A DNA stretch of 64,000 nucleotides from a virus, in IMG/VR virus record IMGVR_UViG_3300031257_000001, positions 1-64,000 of that record; one strand, written 5' to 3'. The position numbers were made by a program, and so were the translations under genes. The notes beneath the pieces are model-generated. The model ran no database searches. It saw only the letters and a list, made by a program, of their open reading frames with translations, and was not told where the DNA came from. This document shows positions 52,466 to 63,329 of this stretch, one piece after another. How positions within the stretch are numbered: position 1 is the stretch's first letter; every line of letters begins with the position of its first letter.

Positions 52466-53454
52466 TGGGCGTCATCCGCGAAACATACCTGGCCACTGTC
52501 TCGACCAACGATGACCCCGAGAAGCGCGGACGCATCAAGGTGCTGTGCACGCAACTGATGGGAAGTGAGGATGAGGAATGCCCTGTTTGGGTGGATCCCA
52601 TCTTCGATTGGGGCTGGTTCGTCATCCCGGACCCGGGAGAGATTGTCGAAGTGGAGGTGTCCACTGGCTCGACCGAGGACGAGCAACTGGGCCAATTCTC
52701 CATCGACAATCTCGACATCCGGTGGCGTCAAACTCGTGAGTATGGCAACGAGGAAGCTGAAGAGGACAGCTTGAAGCGCCCCATTCCGGAGGACTTCACA
52801 TCCACCAACTATGGCAAGCGTCGTGGCTTCGCCACGCCGTTGGGCCATCTCATCATGTTCGATGACACACCCGATGATCCCAAGCTGTCGATCTCGTGGA
52901 TCGATGGCGACAGCGATGACCCAACCTACGCGTTCTTAACGTTTGACAAGCAGGGCGTGAAGCTCGCTTCCAAGCCGCATGGCGACGATAAGGTTCAGCA
53001 CTGCCTGTTCTTCAACCACGAAACTGGTGAGATTTCAATCATCGATTCGACCGGCAACTCTATCAGCACGATGCCGAACGGGATCAAGATTGTAGCTGCC
53101 AAGGATGGCGCGAGCGACGCCAACATCGAAGTCAAGAATGACGGCGTGATCCAGATCCTGGGCGGGAAGCAGGTGACGGTGTCGTCTGGATCCATTCAAT
53201 TGGACGCCGGGCTTCCAGGAGCTGTGCTGCTTGGATCTGGTCCTGCTACTGCTATCGTTGATCAAGCTATCAAAGGGACTTCGTTCCATGCACTGCTGAC
53301 TCCGTTGTGGACTGCTATGGCAGCAGGCGCAGCAGGCGGTGGTTTGATTACGCCTGCACAGGTAATGGCATGGTGCAACGCAGTGGCAGTAGCCGCTGTC
53401 ACCGCAGTGGCAGGGTTGGCTACCACCCTAAGCACTGATGTGAAGTTGAAATGA
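52465..53454 (+). CDS. Baseplate spike (gpV/gp5 OB-fold)
   Basis: ATVSTNDDPEKRGRIKV...P..GE.VEV; TPLGHLIMFDD. Confidence 0.8.
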   Translation: MGVIRETYLATVSTNDDPEKRGRIKVLCTQLMGSEDEECPVWVDPIFDWGWFVIPDPGEIVEVEVSTGSTEDEQLGQFSIDNLDIRWRQTREYGNEEAEEDSLKRPIPEDFTSTNYGKRRGFATPLGHLIMFDDTPDDPKLSISWIDGDSDDPTYAFLTFDKQGVKLASKPHGDDKVQHCLFFNHETGEISIIDSTGNSISTMPNGIKIVAAKDGASDANIEVKNDGVIQILGGKQVTVSSGSIQLDAGLPGAVLLGSGPATAIVDQAIKGTSFHALLTPLWTAMAAGAAGGGLITPAQVMAWCNAVAVAAVTAVAGLATTLSTDVKLK

Positions 53455-53780
53455 GATCACGTTGTGCATTCCCACCATTCCCACCAACCATCAGCCTCCC
53501 CATCCCCATCCCAGGACTCCCGCAGATCCCTGCGATCCCTACGCTACCCATCCCGCCATTCGGTGTGGCAGTCAAGTTCCCACCAACCATCAGCCTCCCC
53601 ATCCCCATCCCAGGACTCCCGCAGATCCCTGCGATCCCTACGCTACCCATCCCGCCATTCGGTGTGGCAGTCAAGTTCCCACCAACCATCAGCCTCCCCA
53701 TCCCCATCCCAGGACTCCCGCAGATCCCTGCGATCCCTACGCTACCATTCTTCCCCCCATTGTGCCCCATCGATCCTTGA
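53451..53780 (+). CDS. Pro/Ile-rich repeat protein flanked by Cys (spike-associated)
   Basis: ATGA coupling; 33-aa unit x ~2.7. Confidence 0.6.
   Translation: MRSRCAFPPFPPTISLPIPIPGLPQIPAIPTLPIPPFGVAVKFPPTISLPIPIPGLPQIPAIPTLPIPPFGVAVKFPPTISLPIPIPGLPQIPAIPTLPFFPPLCPIDP
53478..53747 (+). repeat. Perfect 99-bp tandem repeat, ~2.7 copies
   Basis: Copies start at 53478, 53577 and 53676. Confidence 0.9.
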
Positions 53781-53789
53781 GGTTGTGCC

Positions 53790-54191
53790 ATGCCGACAGG
53801 ACTAGCTGTACCAGGACGAACCAACACCGGCGGCGGAATGCTCGTGAGCCGGACGGAAGACCAGGATCAGAGCATCATCAAGCTCGCCCTCGGTGATGAC
53901 TTCAGCGACAACCCATTCCAGGTGGGAATCGGCCTTGGGATTGGGCATGTCTTTGGTGTGAACGATCCAGCGTTACGTGCATTGATCATGTCCAGGCTCA
54001 TCCCCATGTTCAAGCGATTTGAAGCATTGAAGCGTTTCAAGCTCCGGACGGAAACGCTTCAATGGGAGGAAGGTGAGGAAGGTGGGCCCGTCCTCAGCTT
54101 CAAGTACGTCAACTTGGAGACGGATGAAGAGCGCGACTTCAGGCGTAGCCTCCGCCAGGCGAGCGGAGCCATTAACCCAGGGACGGTGTAG
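53790..54191 (+). CDS. Putative gp25-like sheath initiator
   Basis: Size and position between spike and baseplate J. Confidence 0.6.
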   Translation: MPTGLAVPGRTNTGGGMLVSRTEDQDQSIIKLALGDDFSDNPFQVGIGLGIGHVFGVNDPALRALIMSRLIPMFKRFEALKRFKLRTETLQWEEGEEGGPVLSFKYVNLETDEERDFRRSLRQASGAINPGTV

Positions 54192-54193
54192 AC

Positions 54194-56371
54194 ATGGCCG
54201 GGACCCAGATTGAGATTCCCAGTTTCAACTTTGCGGCATTCTTCTATCCGCAAATCTTGGAGTCATTGCTAGTCTTCAAGCGGCAGAACGTCCCTGAGCT
54301 CACCGACGAAAGTGAGTTTGAGCCGTCCATCCAGCTGCTCCGTGCGTTCGCGCTGGTCGGGCACTTGAACAACGTGTTGGCGGACATGATCGCCAACGAG
54401 AGCACCTTGCCCACGGCGAAGCTCCCTGAGACCGTGCGCAACATGCTCCGCCTCATCGACTTCGAGTTGCGCCCGGCGACTCCGGCCGCGGTGGAAGTGA
54501 TCTTGGATCTCTCACGGGTGTTCACCGTGTCTCGGCAGGTGGTCCCGGAGCGAGCCCAGTATGCCACGCGCCGGACCGAAGGCGACAACGTCATCATCTA
54601 CTTCGAGTCGCTGTCATCGCTGACCATCGATCGCACAGATGAGTTCACGGCCGTTCTGGCCACCCCGGACGGAACCACCTTCACAGACTACACGACCCAG
54701 GCGAATACCGGGACCACGTTCACTCCGTGGACCGCGCCGGCGCCCGGCGGTGCCATCTACTTTGGACACGCACAAGTCCAGCACAACCGGCTCGACCTGG
54801 ACGTGATCACTGCCCCTGGCGAGATCACGAATGCGGTGTGGGAGTTCTTTGACGGCGACTACCGCGATGTGGCACCCGATACCATGATCAACGTCGGTGG
54901 GGGCGTGCTTCGCTTCAACATCAACGACCTCCTGGGCGATCAGAACCGGGCCGGCGCGGAAGTGCGTGTCCAACTCAACGAAACCACGACAAGCGAGACG
55001 GCCACGAGCCAGTGGGACGGATCCAACAACTATGTGGAGACCAACCTTCTGGGGCAGGCGTCGCCCTCCACCGATGCGGTCGACTACACGGTGGGCGTCC
55101 AGTGGCAAGAGTTGGACAACGTCAATGACGAGACGCAACTGCTGGGCCAGACCGGCACGAATCTTGTGGAATTCGATCTGCCGCAGAACGAGCTGCGCGC
55201 ATGGCGCGCGACCGAGGTGGACGGCGTGGAGTCATTCTGGCTCCGCCTGCGGATCGTGGAAACGTCCGGAGCAGCACAGGTCCAACTGGGTCGAATCCGC
55301 ATGGATGAGGGCGACCAGTACGTGATGACGGAGGCGATCCAGGGACGTTCCATCATCGCTGAAACATTGGGGTCGAGCAACGGCGACGCCAACCAGCGCT
55401 TCCCGACCACGTCCAACGCCTTCATCCTGAACTCGCAGACGCTTCGCGTGGATTCCGAGGTTTGGGTGCAGGTGGAGAACTTCCTGTCATCGAGGCCACA
55501 AGACAAGCACTATGTGGTGGAGCTTGGCCAACGGGACCGAGCCACCATCGTGTTTGGCGACGGCGTGAACGGACGCATCCCAGACGTTGGCCAGGGCAAC
55601 ATCGAGATGGACTACAGGTTCGGCGCTGCCGATGACGGCAACGTGGGCGCCCGGACTGTAACCGTGGACAAGACAGGCCTGACCTTCATCAACGGATTGT
55701 TCAATCCACGCCCCGGCGCCGGCTGGGCAGAGGCGCAGTCTGATTCACCGGCGAGCCTGGAAAAGGCAAAGGTGGAGGGGCCGGCGAGTTTGCGCGCCAG
55801 AGAGGTGGCGATCAGCCCGACCGACATGGAACAGATGGTCACAAGATTCGTCCAGGAGGATGGATCTAGCCCGTTCAGCCGGGCCGTTGCAATTGAAGAG
55901 GGTTTCGGCCCCAAGACCGTGGAGTTGGTTGTGGTGGCCCGAGGCGGAGGACAGGCGACCGGGGGGCAGCTGGAAGCGCTCGACACATTCTTCAACGGCG
56001 ACCCGACCGCCGTGCCGCCGCTTCCCAAGCGCATGGTCGCCAACCAAGAAGTCACCAGCGTCAACTTTGATCCGGAACCCATCAACGTTGAAGCAATCGT
56101 GACGGCCCCGGCCAACATCACGGCAGCGCAAGTTCGCAACCAGCTTGCCGCCATCCTTCAGCCGGAAGCGATCAAGGAAGATGGCGTGACTTTTGTGTGG
56201 GTGTTCGGCGCTGAGATCCCGCGGAGCCGCATCATCCACGAGATATTCGAGACTGACCCGACCATCGGGAAGGTGGTCCTCAACGTGCCAGCGACTGACA
56301 CACAGCTCCAAAGGCGGCAACTTCCCGCCAACGGGACGTTCACAATCACGATGGTGGAGGCAACAAGCTAA
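54194..56371 (+). CDS. Baseplate wedge protein (gpJ/gp6-like)
   Basis: NESTLPTA...LID...PATPA; GSSNGDANQRF; FGDGVNGRIP; AIS..D. Confidence 0.85.
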   Translation: MAGTQIEIPSFNFAAFFYPQILESLLVFKRQNVPELTDESEFEPSIQLLRAFALVGHLNNVLADMIANESTLPTAKLPETVRNMLRLIDFELRPATPAAVEVILDLSRVFTVSRQVVPERAQYATRRTEGDNVIIYFESLSSLTIDRTDEFTAVLATPDGTTFTDYTTQANTGTTFTPWTAPAPGGAIYFGHAQVQHNRLDLDVITAPGEITNAVWEFFDGDYRDVAPDTMINVGGGVLRFNINDLLGDQNRAGAEVRVQLNETTTSETATSQWDGSNNYVETNLLGQASPSTDAVDYTVGVQWQELDNVNDETQLLGQTGTNLVEFDLPQNELRAWRATEVDGVESFWLRLRIVETSGAAQVQLGRIRMDEGDQYVMTEAIQGRSIIAETLGSSNGDANQRFPTTSNAFILNSQTLRVDSEVWVQVENFLSSRPQDKHYVVELGQRDRATIVFGDGVNGRIPDVGQGNIEMDYRFGAADDGNVGARTVTVDKTGLTFINGLFNPRPGAGWAEAQSDSPASLEKAKVEGPASLRAREVAISPTDMEQMVTRFVQEDGSSPFSRAVAIEEGFGPKTVELVVVARGGGQATGGQLEALDTFFNGDPTAVPPLPKRMVANQEVTSVNFDPEPINVEAIVTAPANITAAQVRNQLAAILQPEAIKEDGVTFVWVFGAEIPRSRIIHEIFETDPTIGKVVLNVPATDTQLQRRQLPANGTFTITMVEATS

Positions 56372-56799
56372 TGTCCATTACCAATGCAACCGCGAATGCC
56401 GCGCTGGACAAGTTCCTGGGCCAACCCATCTCGGGCGGAGGGCTTTGGCCGTCAACTGTGTACATCGGTTTGCTCCTCGCAGAGCCCAATCCAGACGGCA
56501 GCGGGGTGGTCGAGCCCTCCGGCGGTCTTGCGTACTCACGCCCGGGCGTCACCAACTCAATAGCCGAGTGGCCTGGCGCCACATCGCGCCAGAAGACACA
56601 CGCCAGCGACATCGTGTTTCCGCAGGCCATCGGCGGCAACTGGGGAACCATCACCCACGTGGGGATCTTTGACGCCGCTTCCGGAGGTAGCCTCTTGGCC
56701 TACGGGCCGCTTCAGACTGCTCGCCCTGTCAACGAAACTGACATCTTCAGGTTCATGGCAGGATTCGCTCCGCTGACACTCACATTCCCGGCTAGCTGA
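56371..56799 (+). CDS. Small baseplate/tail fibre attachment protein
   Basis: VYIGL...E.SG..Y.R...FP.A...WGTITHVGIFDAASGGSLL. Confidence 0.7.
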   Translation: MSITNATANAALDKFLGQPISGGGLWPSTVYIGLLLAEPNPDGSGVVEPSGGLAYSRPGVTNSIAEWPGATSRQKTHASDIVFPQAIGGNWGTITHVGIFDAASGGSLLAYGPLQTARPVNETDIFRFMAGFAPLTLTFPAS

Positions 56800-59357
56800 T
56801 GGCATTCATCGACGAACCAGCAACGATCACCATCCAGCTGATCAGCAACGCGAAGGGCTCGCTGATCTTCGCGCCTGTTGGCGGCGTCGCGATGGAGATC
56901 CCGGCGACCCTGCTGACTGGCAATCTCGTTCAGCCGGTGGTGGTGGTTCGTGCCCGCGCTCTGTCTCCCAACCGTGTCCGCATCGACTTCGATGGGCCGT
57001 TGGACACCAACAGCCAATTGCTGGATCGTGAGAACTACAAGATCACGCCCACCGCCGGCGGAGCCATCGTCACCATCTTGAGCGTCCACGAGCCTTCCAG
57101 CGCATCACCTCTGTTCATCGAGTTGGAAGTCACCGAGATGACGGACGGCTCGGCATACGAGGCCATTGTCAACGACGGCTCCACAGACCCGGTGACCTCG
57201 GATAGCGTCCCAGTCACCTCCACGCCCGAAGCGTTCACAGGGCTCGGTGAAATCCCATTTGTGCTGTTGGTCATCGCGGCTTCCGAGACCACAGCAGAGG
57301 TGCGCTTCAGCGAGACCATGCGAGCGTTCGGTGACATCACGGACCCGAGCAGCTACAGCTTTGACTTGGGTCTAATCGTGGAGGAAGTGCTACTGGTGTC
57401 CGGAAGCACGGTGACGCTTCAGACTTCAGCACAGAACCCGGGAACGCTGTACACGGCAACCATCACCGGGTCATTCGAGGATGGCTCAAAGAACCCACTG
57501 GTGGTACCGGCCACCAGCCCGATGCTAGGGTTTGTCGAGGGGTTGCCCGATCCGGAGGCGTTGAACCTCCGCATGTACAACTTCCTGATCCAGGGGATGC
57601 GCAACGAGGACCAGCGCGTGGGCGAGCAGTTCTGGGAGCGCTACCTGGAGGGTCCGCAAGTCAGCTGGAAGGTCACCACGGGCGTCATCCTGGCCATCCC
57701 GCTTCTGTGGAGTGTGACCGAGATTCCAGATGAGTTCTTGCGCTACCTCAAGAACATCGTGGGGTGGACGGACGATCTGAACGCCATCACAGACGCGCTG
57801 GATTCGGCCACGCTTAGAAGGCTGATCGCCAACTCAGTGGCGTTCTGGAAAACCCGTGGAAACGAGACCAGCACAGGGGACCTCCTGCGATTGATCACCG
57901 CGGAGCGTGTGCGCATTGTCAATTGGTTCCAGCTTCGGTTTATCGTGGGCGAGACGGAGCTCAGCCAGGAGTTTGAGGGGCACGATTATTGGATTACAAG
58001 ATTCCGTGATCTGGCCCGAGCGCCTGTACAGCTGTTGAACAGCATCGCGATTGTGCCGAGCGGCAGTCCTTATGTTGGAACAGTGGTGTCCAATGCGGAC
58101 GGGTTGCTATTGTTTGTGTCATCAACAGGGGCGATAGGCGACGTGCTAGTCGGTGGCAATCAAGCGTTGTTGTTGTCCAAACAGACCGCATCCGATGGAT
58201 ATGGTGAAGCTGCTGTATACTGGTATGGATCCGTAGCTGCCGGGACGCAATACACCATATTCAGCACAGATGACTTTTTTGTTGGCCAATATGAACTTGG
58301 CGGCGTTAGATCGTCGCACAGCACCATCGTCGATCTGACATCGTTCCCGGAAGGTGGTGACGAATTCACATCCACCATCCACAGTACGCAGGATGGAGAG
58401 ACTGTAGTTGTTGGATTCATTGCAAGGCGCGCTGGGGCATATGGTATCTATGTTGAAGAATCCAGCAATGTGGATGTTTTGAGCAGATCTAGCAATTCCA
58501 GCACCATAGGTGATGTTGGGGTGTTGTTGCCGCACGGCTTGGTTGGTGGCGTAACGTATGGATACACAGCTCCAAATGAATCGCTTAGGCCAAGCTATTC
58601 CACTGTTCTTATGGCAATGAGTATCCCTGGTGTTGATGCCGTCCCTAGGGAATACACATCCGGTGACGAATGTGTGTACAATGTGAGGATCGTGGATAGT
58701 GGCGATCTGAATCGTCAATTGGTCATCGACTTGCTCAAGCTGACGCGGCCGATTGGCGAGCGAATCGAGGTGGACTTTATCGCGTTCTTGGATGAGTTCA
58801 CGACGCCCGACGACAACAGCCAGTGGACGGGCAACACGACGATACAAGACGGGCATCTCACGGTGCTGACCGCGGACCCCGAGACATATGTGTCGCTGGA
58901 CCGCGCTTTCGATTGGACCAACTACGTGTTCACAGTTCGGATGCGGTGGCAAGGCGACTCGGCCGCCGTGCGGTTCTATCGCTCCGGTCCGGATGACTAT
59001 TATGAAGCGCAGCTGGACGTGGTTGCGAACACGCTCACCCTTGTCACGGTGCTCGCCGGGACCCCCACAACGCTCGCGACCGTGAATCTGGTGGACTTCG
59101 ATCTGGCGTTGCTCAATGATGTCTGGTACAGCCTCCGTGTGGAGGCATCGCCCGAAGGCACCAACGCCGTCATCAAAGTCGCCATTGATAACAATCAAAT
59201 CCTCGTGGAAGCCAACCCGGACCATGCCAACGGCTCGTTTGGGATAGTGGCCACCGGAACGCTCGCTGAATTGGACATCGCTGAGTTGTTCCTTAACCCG
59301 TTGGAATCATCTCGGATTGGACTCGGCAACGTCGTTGAGTCCAACTTTGACCTGTAA
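56799..59357 (+). CDS. Baseplate wedge gpI-like protein with Ig-like and lectin-like domains
   Basis: N-terminal Ig-like repeats; FLRYL...VGW...LRRLI...WKTRG; RP. Confidence 0.65.
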   Translation: MAFIDEPATITIQLISNAKGSLIFAPVGGVAMEIPATLLTGNLVQPVVVVRARALSPNRVRIDFDGPLDTNSQLLDRENYKITPTAGGAIVTILSVHEPSSASPLFIELEVTEMTDGSAYEAIVNDGSTDPVTSDSVPVTSTPEAFTGLGEIPFVLLVIAASETTAEVRFSETMRAFGDITDPSSYSFDLGLIVEEVLLVSGSTVTLQTSAQNPGTLYTATITGSFEDGSKNPLVVPATSPMLGFVEGLPDPEALNLRMYNFLIQGMRNEDQRVGEQFWERYLEGPQVSWKVTTGVILAIPLLWSVTEIPDEFLRYLKNIVGWTDDLNAITDALDSATLRRLIANSVAFWKTRGNETSTGDLLRLITAERVRIVNWFQLRFIVGETELSQEFEGHDYWITRFRDLARAPVQLLNSIAIVPSGSPYVGTVVSNADGLLLFVSSTGAIGDVLVGGNQALLLSKQTASDGYGEAAVYWYGSVAAGTQYTIFSTDDFFVGQYELGGVRSSHSTIVDLTSFPEGGDEFTSTIHSTQDGETVVVGFIARRAGAYGIYVEESSNVDVLSRSSNSSTIGDVGVLLPHGLVGGVTYGYTAPNESLRPSYSTVLMAMSIPGVDAVPREYTSGDECVYNVRIVDSGDLNRQLVIDLLKLTRPIGERIEVDFIAFLDEFTTPDDNSQWTGNTTIQDGHLTVLTADPETYVSLDRAFDWTNYVFTVRMRWQGDSAAVRFYRSGPDDYYEAQLDVVANTLTLVTVLAGTPTTLATVNLVDFDLALLNDVWYSLRVEASPEGTNAVIKVAIDNNQILVEANPDHANGSFGIVATGTLAELDIAELFLNPLESSRIGLGNVVESNFDL

Positions 59358-59368
59358 GGGCCCTCCCC

Positions 59369-62300
59369 ATGACCACCGGTTCTGAATTCGTCAACATCAC
59401 TGACAAAGCAATTCTCGGTCACCTCGACATGAAGGATCGGTTTCTGGAATACCTTAAGACTGCATCCGAACTGTCGGTGAAGAGTCTGTGGAATGTGGAC
59501 GGTGTTTTCGACATCAAATTGACGTTGTCTTCGCCCGGCGCAAACCAGATTCAAGTTGACGGAGCATCGTTGATCGTGGATGGCATTGGGCATCTGTTGG
59601 ATGTGAATTCCATTTATCCAAGCAGAATTGCCAGCTTTGAAAATGCGAATGGCATCGATTACGATGTGGGATTTCACTATGCAGAGCGCCCCGTAGGGAT
59701 CCGCATCAACCCCAGGACGGGCCAACCTGAGTACGTGAAATGGCGAGAAGTCATCGGCGAACCAGCAGCGCCAAGTTCTGTAGTCGACCACGGGAACGGC
59801 ACCATCACATTCAACGTGAACAGCGTCACCGAATCTGGTGTGGACAACGCTGGACGTTTGGTGTTGGTCTACAAGAATGAGCCTGCTGAAGGTGCAACGT
59901 CTGAATCTTTGGCAATGGAAGAGCTGTTGGTTGCATATTCCGGCGGCAACAACTTGGTCACGACAAGCGGTGCTCTTGGGCAATCGTCGCCTTCCACAAC
60001 AGCATCAGACTACACAGTGATTCTGCTTGGCGTCAGCGTCAAACGGAATATCAGCTTGGAGGGGGCATCTGGTTTCATGTTCGTTGGCGTGGTGACGGGG
60101 AATGGTGGGACGCCCACTGCATTCGACAACACCAATCAACGTCTACTCAAGACGTTCCAAGACAGCACACAAGTCACCTTCACACCATACGGTTGGTTGA
60201 CGGCTGGGACTGTGCAAGGAGCATTTGAGCAGGTGGTTAGTTTGCTAGGGGCCGAGGGGACCGGCGTGGATGATGGCTCCAACAAGATTGGTTGTGATGA
60301 CGACAATTGGCACATGTACTATTCCGCTGATGGATTGGATGAAGACGGTTGGGGTGGGATAGGTGCATTGGGCGACTCTGGGCAGCCAGACGGTTGGGTC
60401 TCCGGACTATCCAACATAGACTTGGAATCTGTGATGGATCGCATTGATGCGGTCCTCCGTCAGCGTCGTCAATTCACAGGAACATTGGGTGATGACACGG
60501 TCAATTCCAGAGGGGATGTCCAACGCGATCAACCCGAAACATCAGTCGCATCCAATGGTGGATTGTGGATACTACAGAAGCTACACACGGCATCGCCAAG
60601 TCCCAAATCGTCATACCGGCTAGCAGATGGAAGTTCTGGACGGAACCCGTGGCTGATTGCTGAAACCAGTTCGGATCACCATGCAGGACACCAACGTGTC
60701 TTCCGCGCTGTGACAGACAGCGATTTGATGTTGCAGGGACGTTTTGATCGCGTCAAGATTTGCAATGAATCAACAACCATGACCCATCTGCTTCACGCAG
60801 TGGGTGGTTTGCACTTGAATGATTGTGGCATTGATTGTGGGGCCATTGATATTAACGGTTACAGAGCGGCAACTGGCAATTCCGTGACGATGCCAACTTT
60901 CAAAAGGTGCTTTTGCGGATCAGTCAATGATGCTGGAATCGGAGTTGGATACACAGCGGCTGATGCCACATTGCGTTTTTGCAACGATTACAGCAACCCA
61001 AATATGCCTCCGGGGGCCGTATTTGAGGACTGTTTGATTGAATCGCCAAACCAAGTCACGTATGATCACGCCGCCGTGGAATTCGACCAATTGACCGCGG
61101 ATTGGACGACGCTGTGGGGCGCGGACGATGATGTGTACAACGGATCAATCACGTTTCGCAGTTGTGTTTTCGTACAAAAACATCCAAATCACACACTAGT
61201 AAAGGGGCACTCATCTTGGGGTGGTTGTCAGATCGTTTTTGAGAATTGTGTGTTCATCGGTCGAAGTGATCAAGAAGCCACGTTAATTGACATCAGCGGC
61301 ATGGAGGATGTACATTTCAGGAATTGCTCCGTATTTGCTCCCAATGGCAACGTCTTGTTGGCCAGTGCAGTGAAACGTTGTTCAATCGATGGCATGTTCA
61401 TCTATTGCGACGACGGTGATGGCAGCGGCACGTCGCACCAACTGTTCACATTCCAAGGAACTGGCACTGGGTATTCCAACGATTGTCGTGTATCAAATGT
61501 GGTGTGCCAAATTGAGGGCTCCGGCGTGTTTGATGGAACCGTGAGTGTTGAATCTGCAATCACACTGACATCGTGTTACGTTGACGGTTTCAACGTTCAG
61601 GTAAATGCAGGTGAACTACCCCGTGGCAATTGGTTGAATCTTGGATACATCTCAGGTTGCAACATCAGGTGGTCCGCAGGCCCATCATGTACTGGGAGGC
61701 AAGCCGATGATTATGACGACATCTCACTCATCGGTGCCAAGGTTTCCAACCTGCAATACAAGGTTGATTGCGCCACAGAAGATGCTGGATATGCTTCATT
61801 CGTTTGCAAGATGGGTGACAACTCGACACTGCTGGATCCACAGTTCACACTGACAACGCAAGATTCCGTTGGTGACGGGTACAAAGCTACGTTTGGATTC
61901 GTGTCATCTGAATTTGCCACAATCAATGGCGGGTTCATGCATGATGCCTCAACGTATGGTAAGAAGAATTTCAGCTCTGATGGACGGTACTACTTTGAAG
62001 GGAGCGAATGGTGCGCCATCCGGAACCACTCCATCTACTCGGAGCCATCATATTTGCATGGTGCGCTAGGTTGCATCATCTCATTCAAGAGCTCATTCAG
62101 CTCACGTTGCGTTATTGATGGGAACAACATCAGATTCCCTGGGACCAGGATGGCCAATTCCAAGCATGTGCTGTATGCTGAGGCTGCTAGCTTCTGCAGC
62201 TTCTCAAACAACATGATGGAGTCCTACACCACAGGTGCCACTTCGTTTGGATCTGGCATTCTCAAATTTGACAATGCCATCAGCACAAATGGGTTGTGCC

Positions 62301-62470
62301 AAGTCATCGCCAATAACGTGAAAATGGCGGGGGCTGATGGGTACTTCATTGACATCGACTCCGGTGCGTTTTCCAACGGCATCATCAAAAACAATGTGCT
62401 GAATCATGGCGGCACAACCGTCAACGGGACACCAACGAGTAGCTACGTTTCAGATAACATCAACGTGTGA
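59369..62470 (+). CDS. Tail fibre/tailspike with probable beta-helix
   Basis: 1033 aa; repeated FENC/FRNC/IDGN strands; AT-richer C-terminal part. Confidence 0.75.
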   Translation: MTTGSEFVNITDKAILGHLDMKDRFLEYLKTASELSVKSLWNVDGVFDIKLTLSSPGANQIQVDGASLIVDGIGHLLDVNSIYPSRIASFENANGIDYDVGFHYAERPVGIRINPRTGQPEYVKWREVIGEPAAPSSVVDHGNGTITFNVNSVTESGVDNAGRLVLVYKNEPAEGATSESLAMEELLVAYSGGNNLVTTSGALGQSSPSTTASDYTVILLGVSVKRNISLEGASGFMFVGVVTGNGGTPTAFDNTNQRLLKTFQDSTQVTFTPYGWLTAGTVQGAFEQVVSLLGAEGTGVDDGSNKIGCDDDNWHMYYSADGLDEDGWGGIGALGDSGQPDGWVSGLSNIDLESVMDRIDAVLRQRRQFTGTLGDDTVNSRGDVQRDQPETSVASNGGLWILQKLHTASPSPKSSYRLADGSSGRNPWLIAETSSDHHAGHQRVFRAVTDSDLMLQGRFDRVKICNESTTMTHLLHAVGGLHLNDCGIDCGAIDINGYRAATGNSVTMPTFKRCFCGSVNDAGIGVGYTAADATLRFCNDYSNPNMPPGAVFEDCLIESPNQVTYDHAAVEFDQLTADWTTLWGADDDVYNGSITFRSCVFVQKHPNHTLVKGHSSWGGCQIVFENCVFIGRSDQEATLIDISGMEDVHFRNCSVFAPNGNVLLASAVKRCSIDGMFIYCDDGDGSGTSHQLFTFQGTGTGYSNDCRVSNVVCQIEGSGVFDGTVSVESAITLTSCYVDGFNVQVNAGELPRGNWLNLGYISGCNIRWSAGPSCTGRQADDYDDISLIGAKVSNLQYKVDCATEDAGYASFVCKMGDNSTLLDPQFTLTTQDSVGDGYKATFGFVSSEFATINGGFMHDASTYGKKNFSSDGRYYFEGSEWCAIRNHSIYSEPSYLHGALGCIISFKSSFSSRCVIDGNNIRFPGTRMANSKHVLYAEAASFCSFSNNMMESYTTGATSFGSGILKFDNAISTNGLCQVIANNVKMAGADGYFIDIDSGAFSNGIIKNNVLNHGGTTVNGTPTSSYVSDNINV

Positions 62471-62501
62471 TGCAACTCGACGCTGGTGACAAGTACAGGA
62501 T

Positions 62502-63158
62502 ATGATTCCCAACACTATGACTGACTATCTCAACTCCACCGAGTTTCGAGCCGCCCTGCTCGTGGCGGTGCCTACACTGTTGGTCCTCTTGCGCAGGGTG
62601 ACGCCACTGCTGGACCTCACCACGTGGCCAAAGTGGTTGCAACCGGTGCCACCGTTGCTGCTCGCTGGGCTACCTGTGCTCGTGGGTGAACTTGAATCCT
62701 GCGCAAGTACCGGGGCTGCGTTTCTCGCTGCGCTGTTCGAAGGGCTCGCCGCGATCGGCGCGTGGCATGGGTTGAAGCGACTGAAACCCGGTGGCGTGGC
62801 GAAGGCATCTGCGGTGTCGTTGATTCTTCTGCTCACTGGGTGTGCTGGATCTCTTGAGACATCTCGCAGCCGGGGCCAGCTGGTGCCGCGCACGGCAAGC
62901 GAACCGCGCGACGAGGCACGGTGCAGACAACTGGATGATCGCAGGACGCTCTGGGGTGGACTCGGGAAGGGTGCGTTGGGACTAGTCACAGCGGAGGCCG
63001 CGGTCACGACCCAGATCGATCAGCTGGACCGGCGCTATCGGCCCGGAGCGAAGATTGCCGTGATCAGCTCAGCTGCCGCGGTGGCTGCGTTCGGAGTGGC
63101 CGTGATTTACGTGTCCGAGGAATCCGGCAACCGATGGGCTGAGGAGTGCAGCCAGTAA
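62502..63158 (+). CDS. Multi-TM protein with internal lipobox (holin/spanin-like)
   Basis: Three hydrophobic segments, then LLLTGC, then further hydrophobic helices. Confidence 0.55.
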   Translation: MIPNTMTDYLNSTEFRAALLVAVPTLLVLLRRVTPLLDLTTWPKWLQPVPPLLLAGLPVLVGELESCASTGAAFLAALFEGLAAIGAWHGLKRLKPGGVAKASAVSLILLLTGCAGSLETSRSRGQLVPRTASEPRDEARCRQLDDRRTLWGGLGKGALGLVTAEAAVTTQIDQLDRRYRPGAKIAVISSAAAVAAFGVAVIYVSEESGNRWAEECSQ

Positions 63159-63172
63159 GGCGCGAGGCCCGC

Positions 63173-63319
63173 ATGTGGCCCGATCGCCGCCCAGTCTACC
63201 TCGAATGCCAACCACCATTGTGGGACCGCGTTGCGGTGCGTGCCGGGTGCTGGGTTTGGGCAGGAATGTTAGCGTTGGCTGCAGCTGTGGTGCTGATGAG
63301 TGTCGCGTTTCTGCGGTAA
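63173..63319 (+). CDS. Small single-TM protein
   Basis: MWPDRRP...WVWAGMLALAAAVVLMSVAFLR; below the ORF-track cutoff. Confidence 0.45.
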   Translation: MWPDRRPVYLECQPPLWDRVAVRAGCWVWAGMLALAAAVVLMSVAFLR

Positions 63320-63329
63320 GGAGTGGCGT

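Noticed and set aside
53478-53747. CRISPR or DGR template/variable repeat
   Set aside because: Head-to-tail identical in-frame copies with no spacers, no adenine-specific differences and no reverse transcriptase in the window
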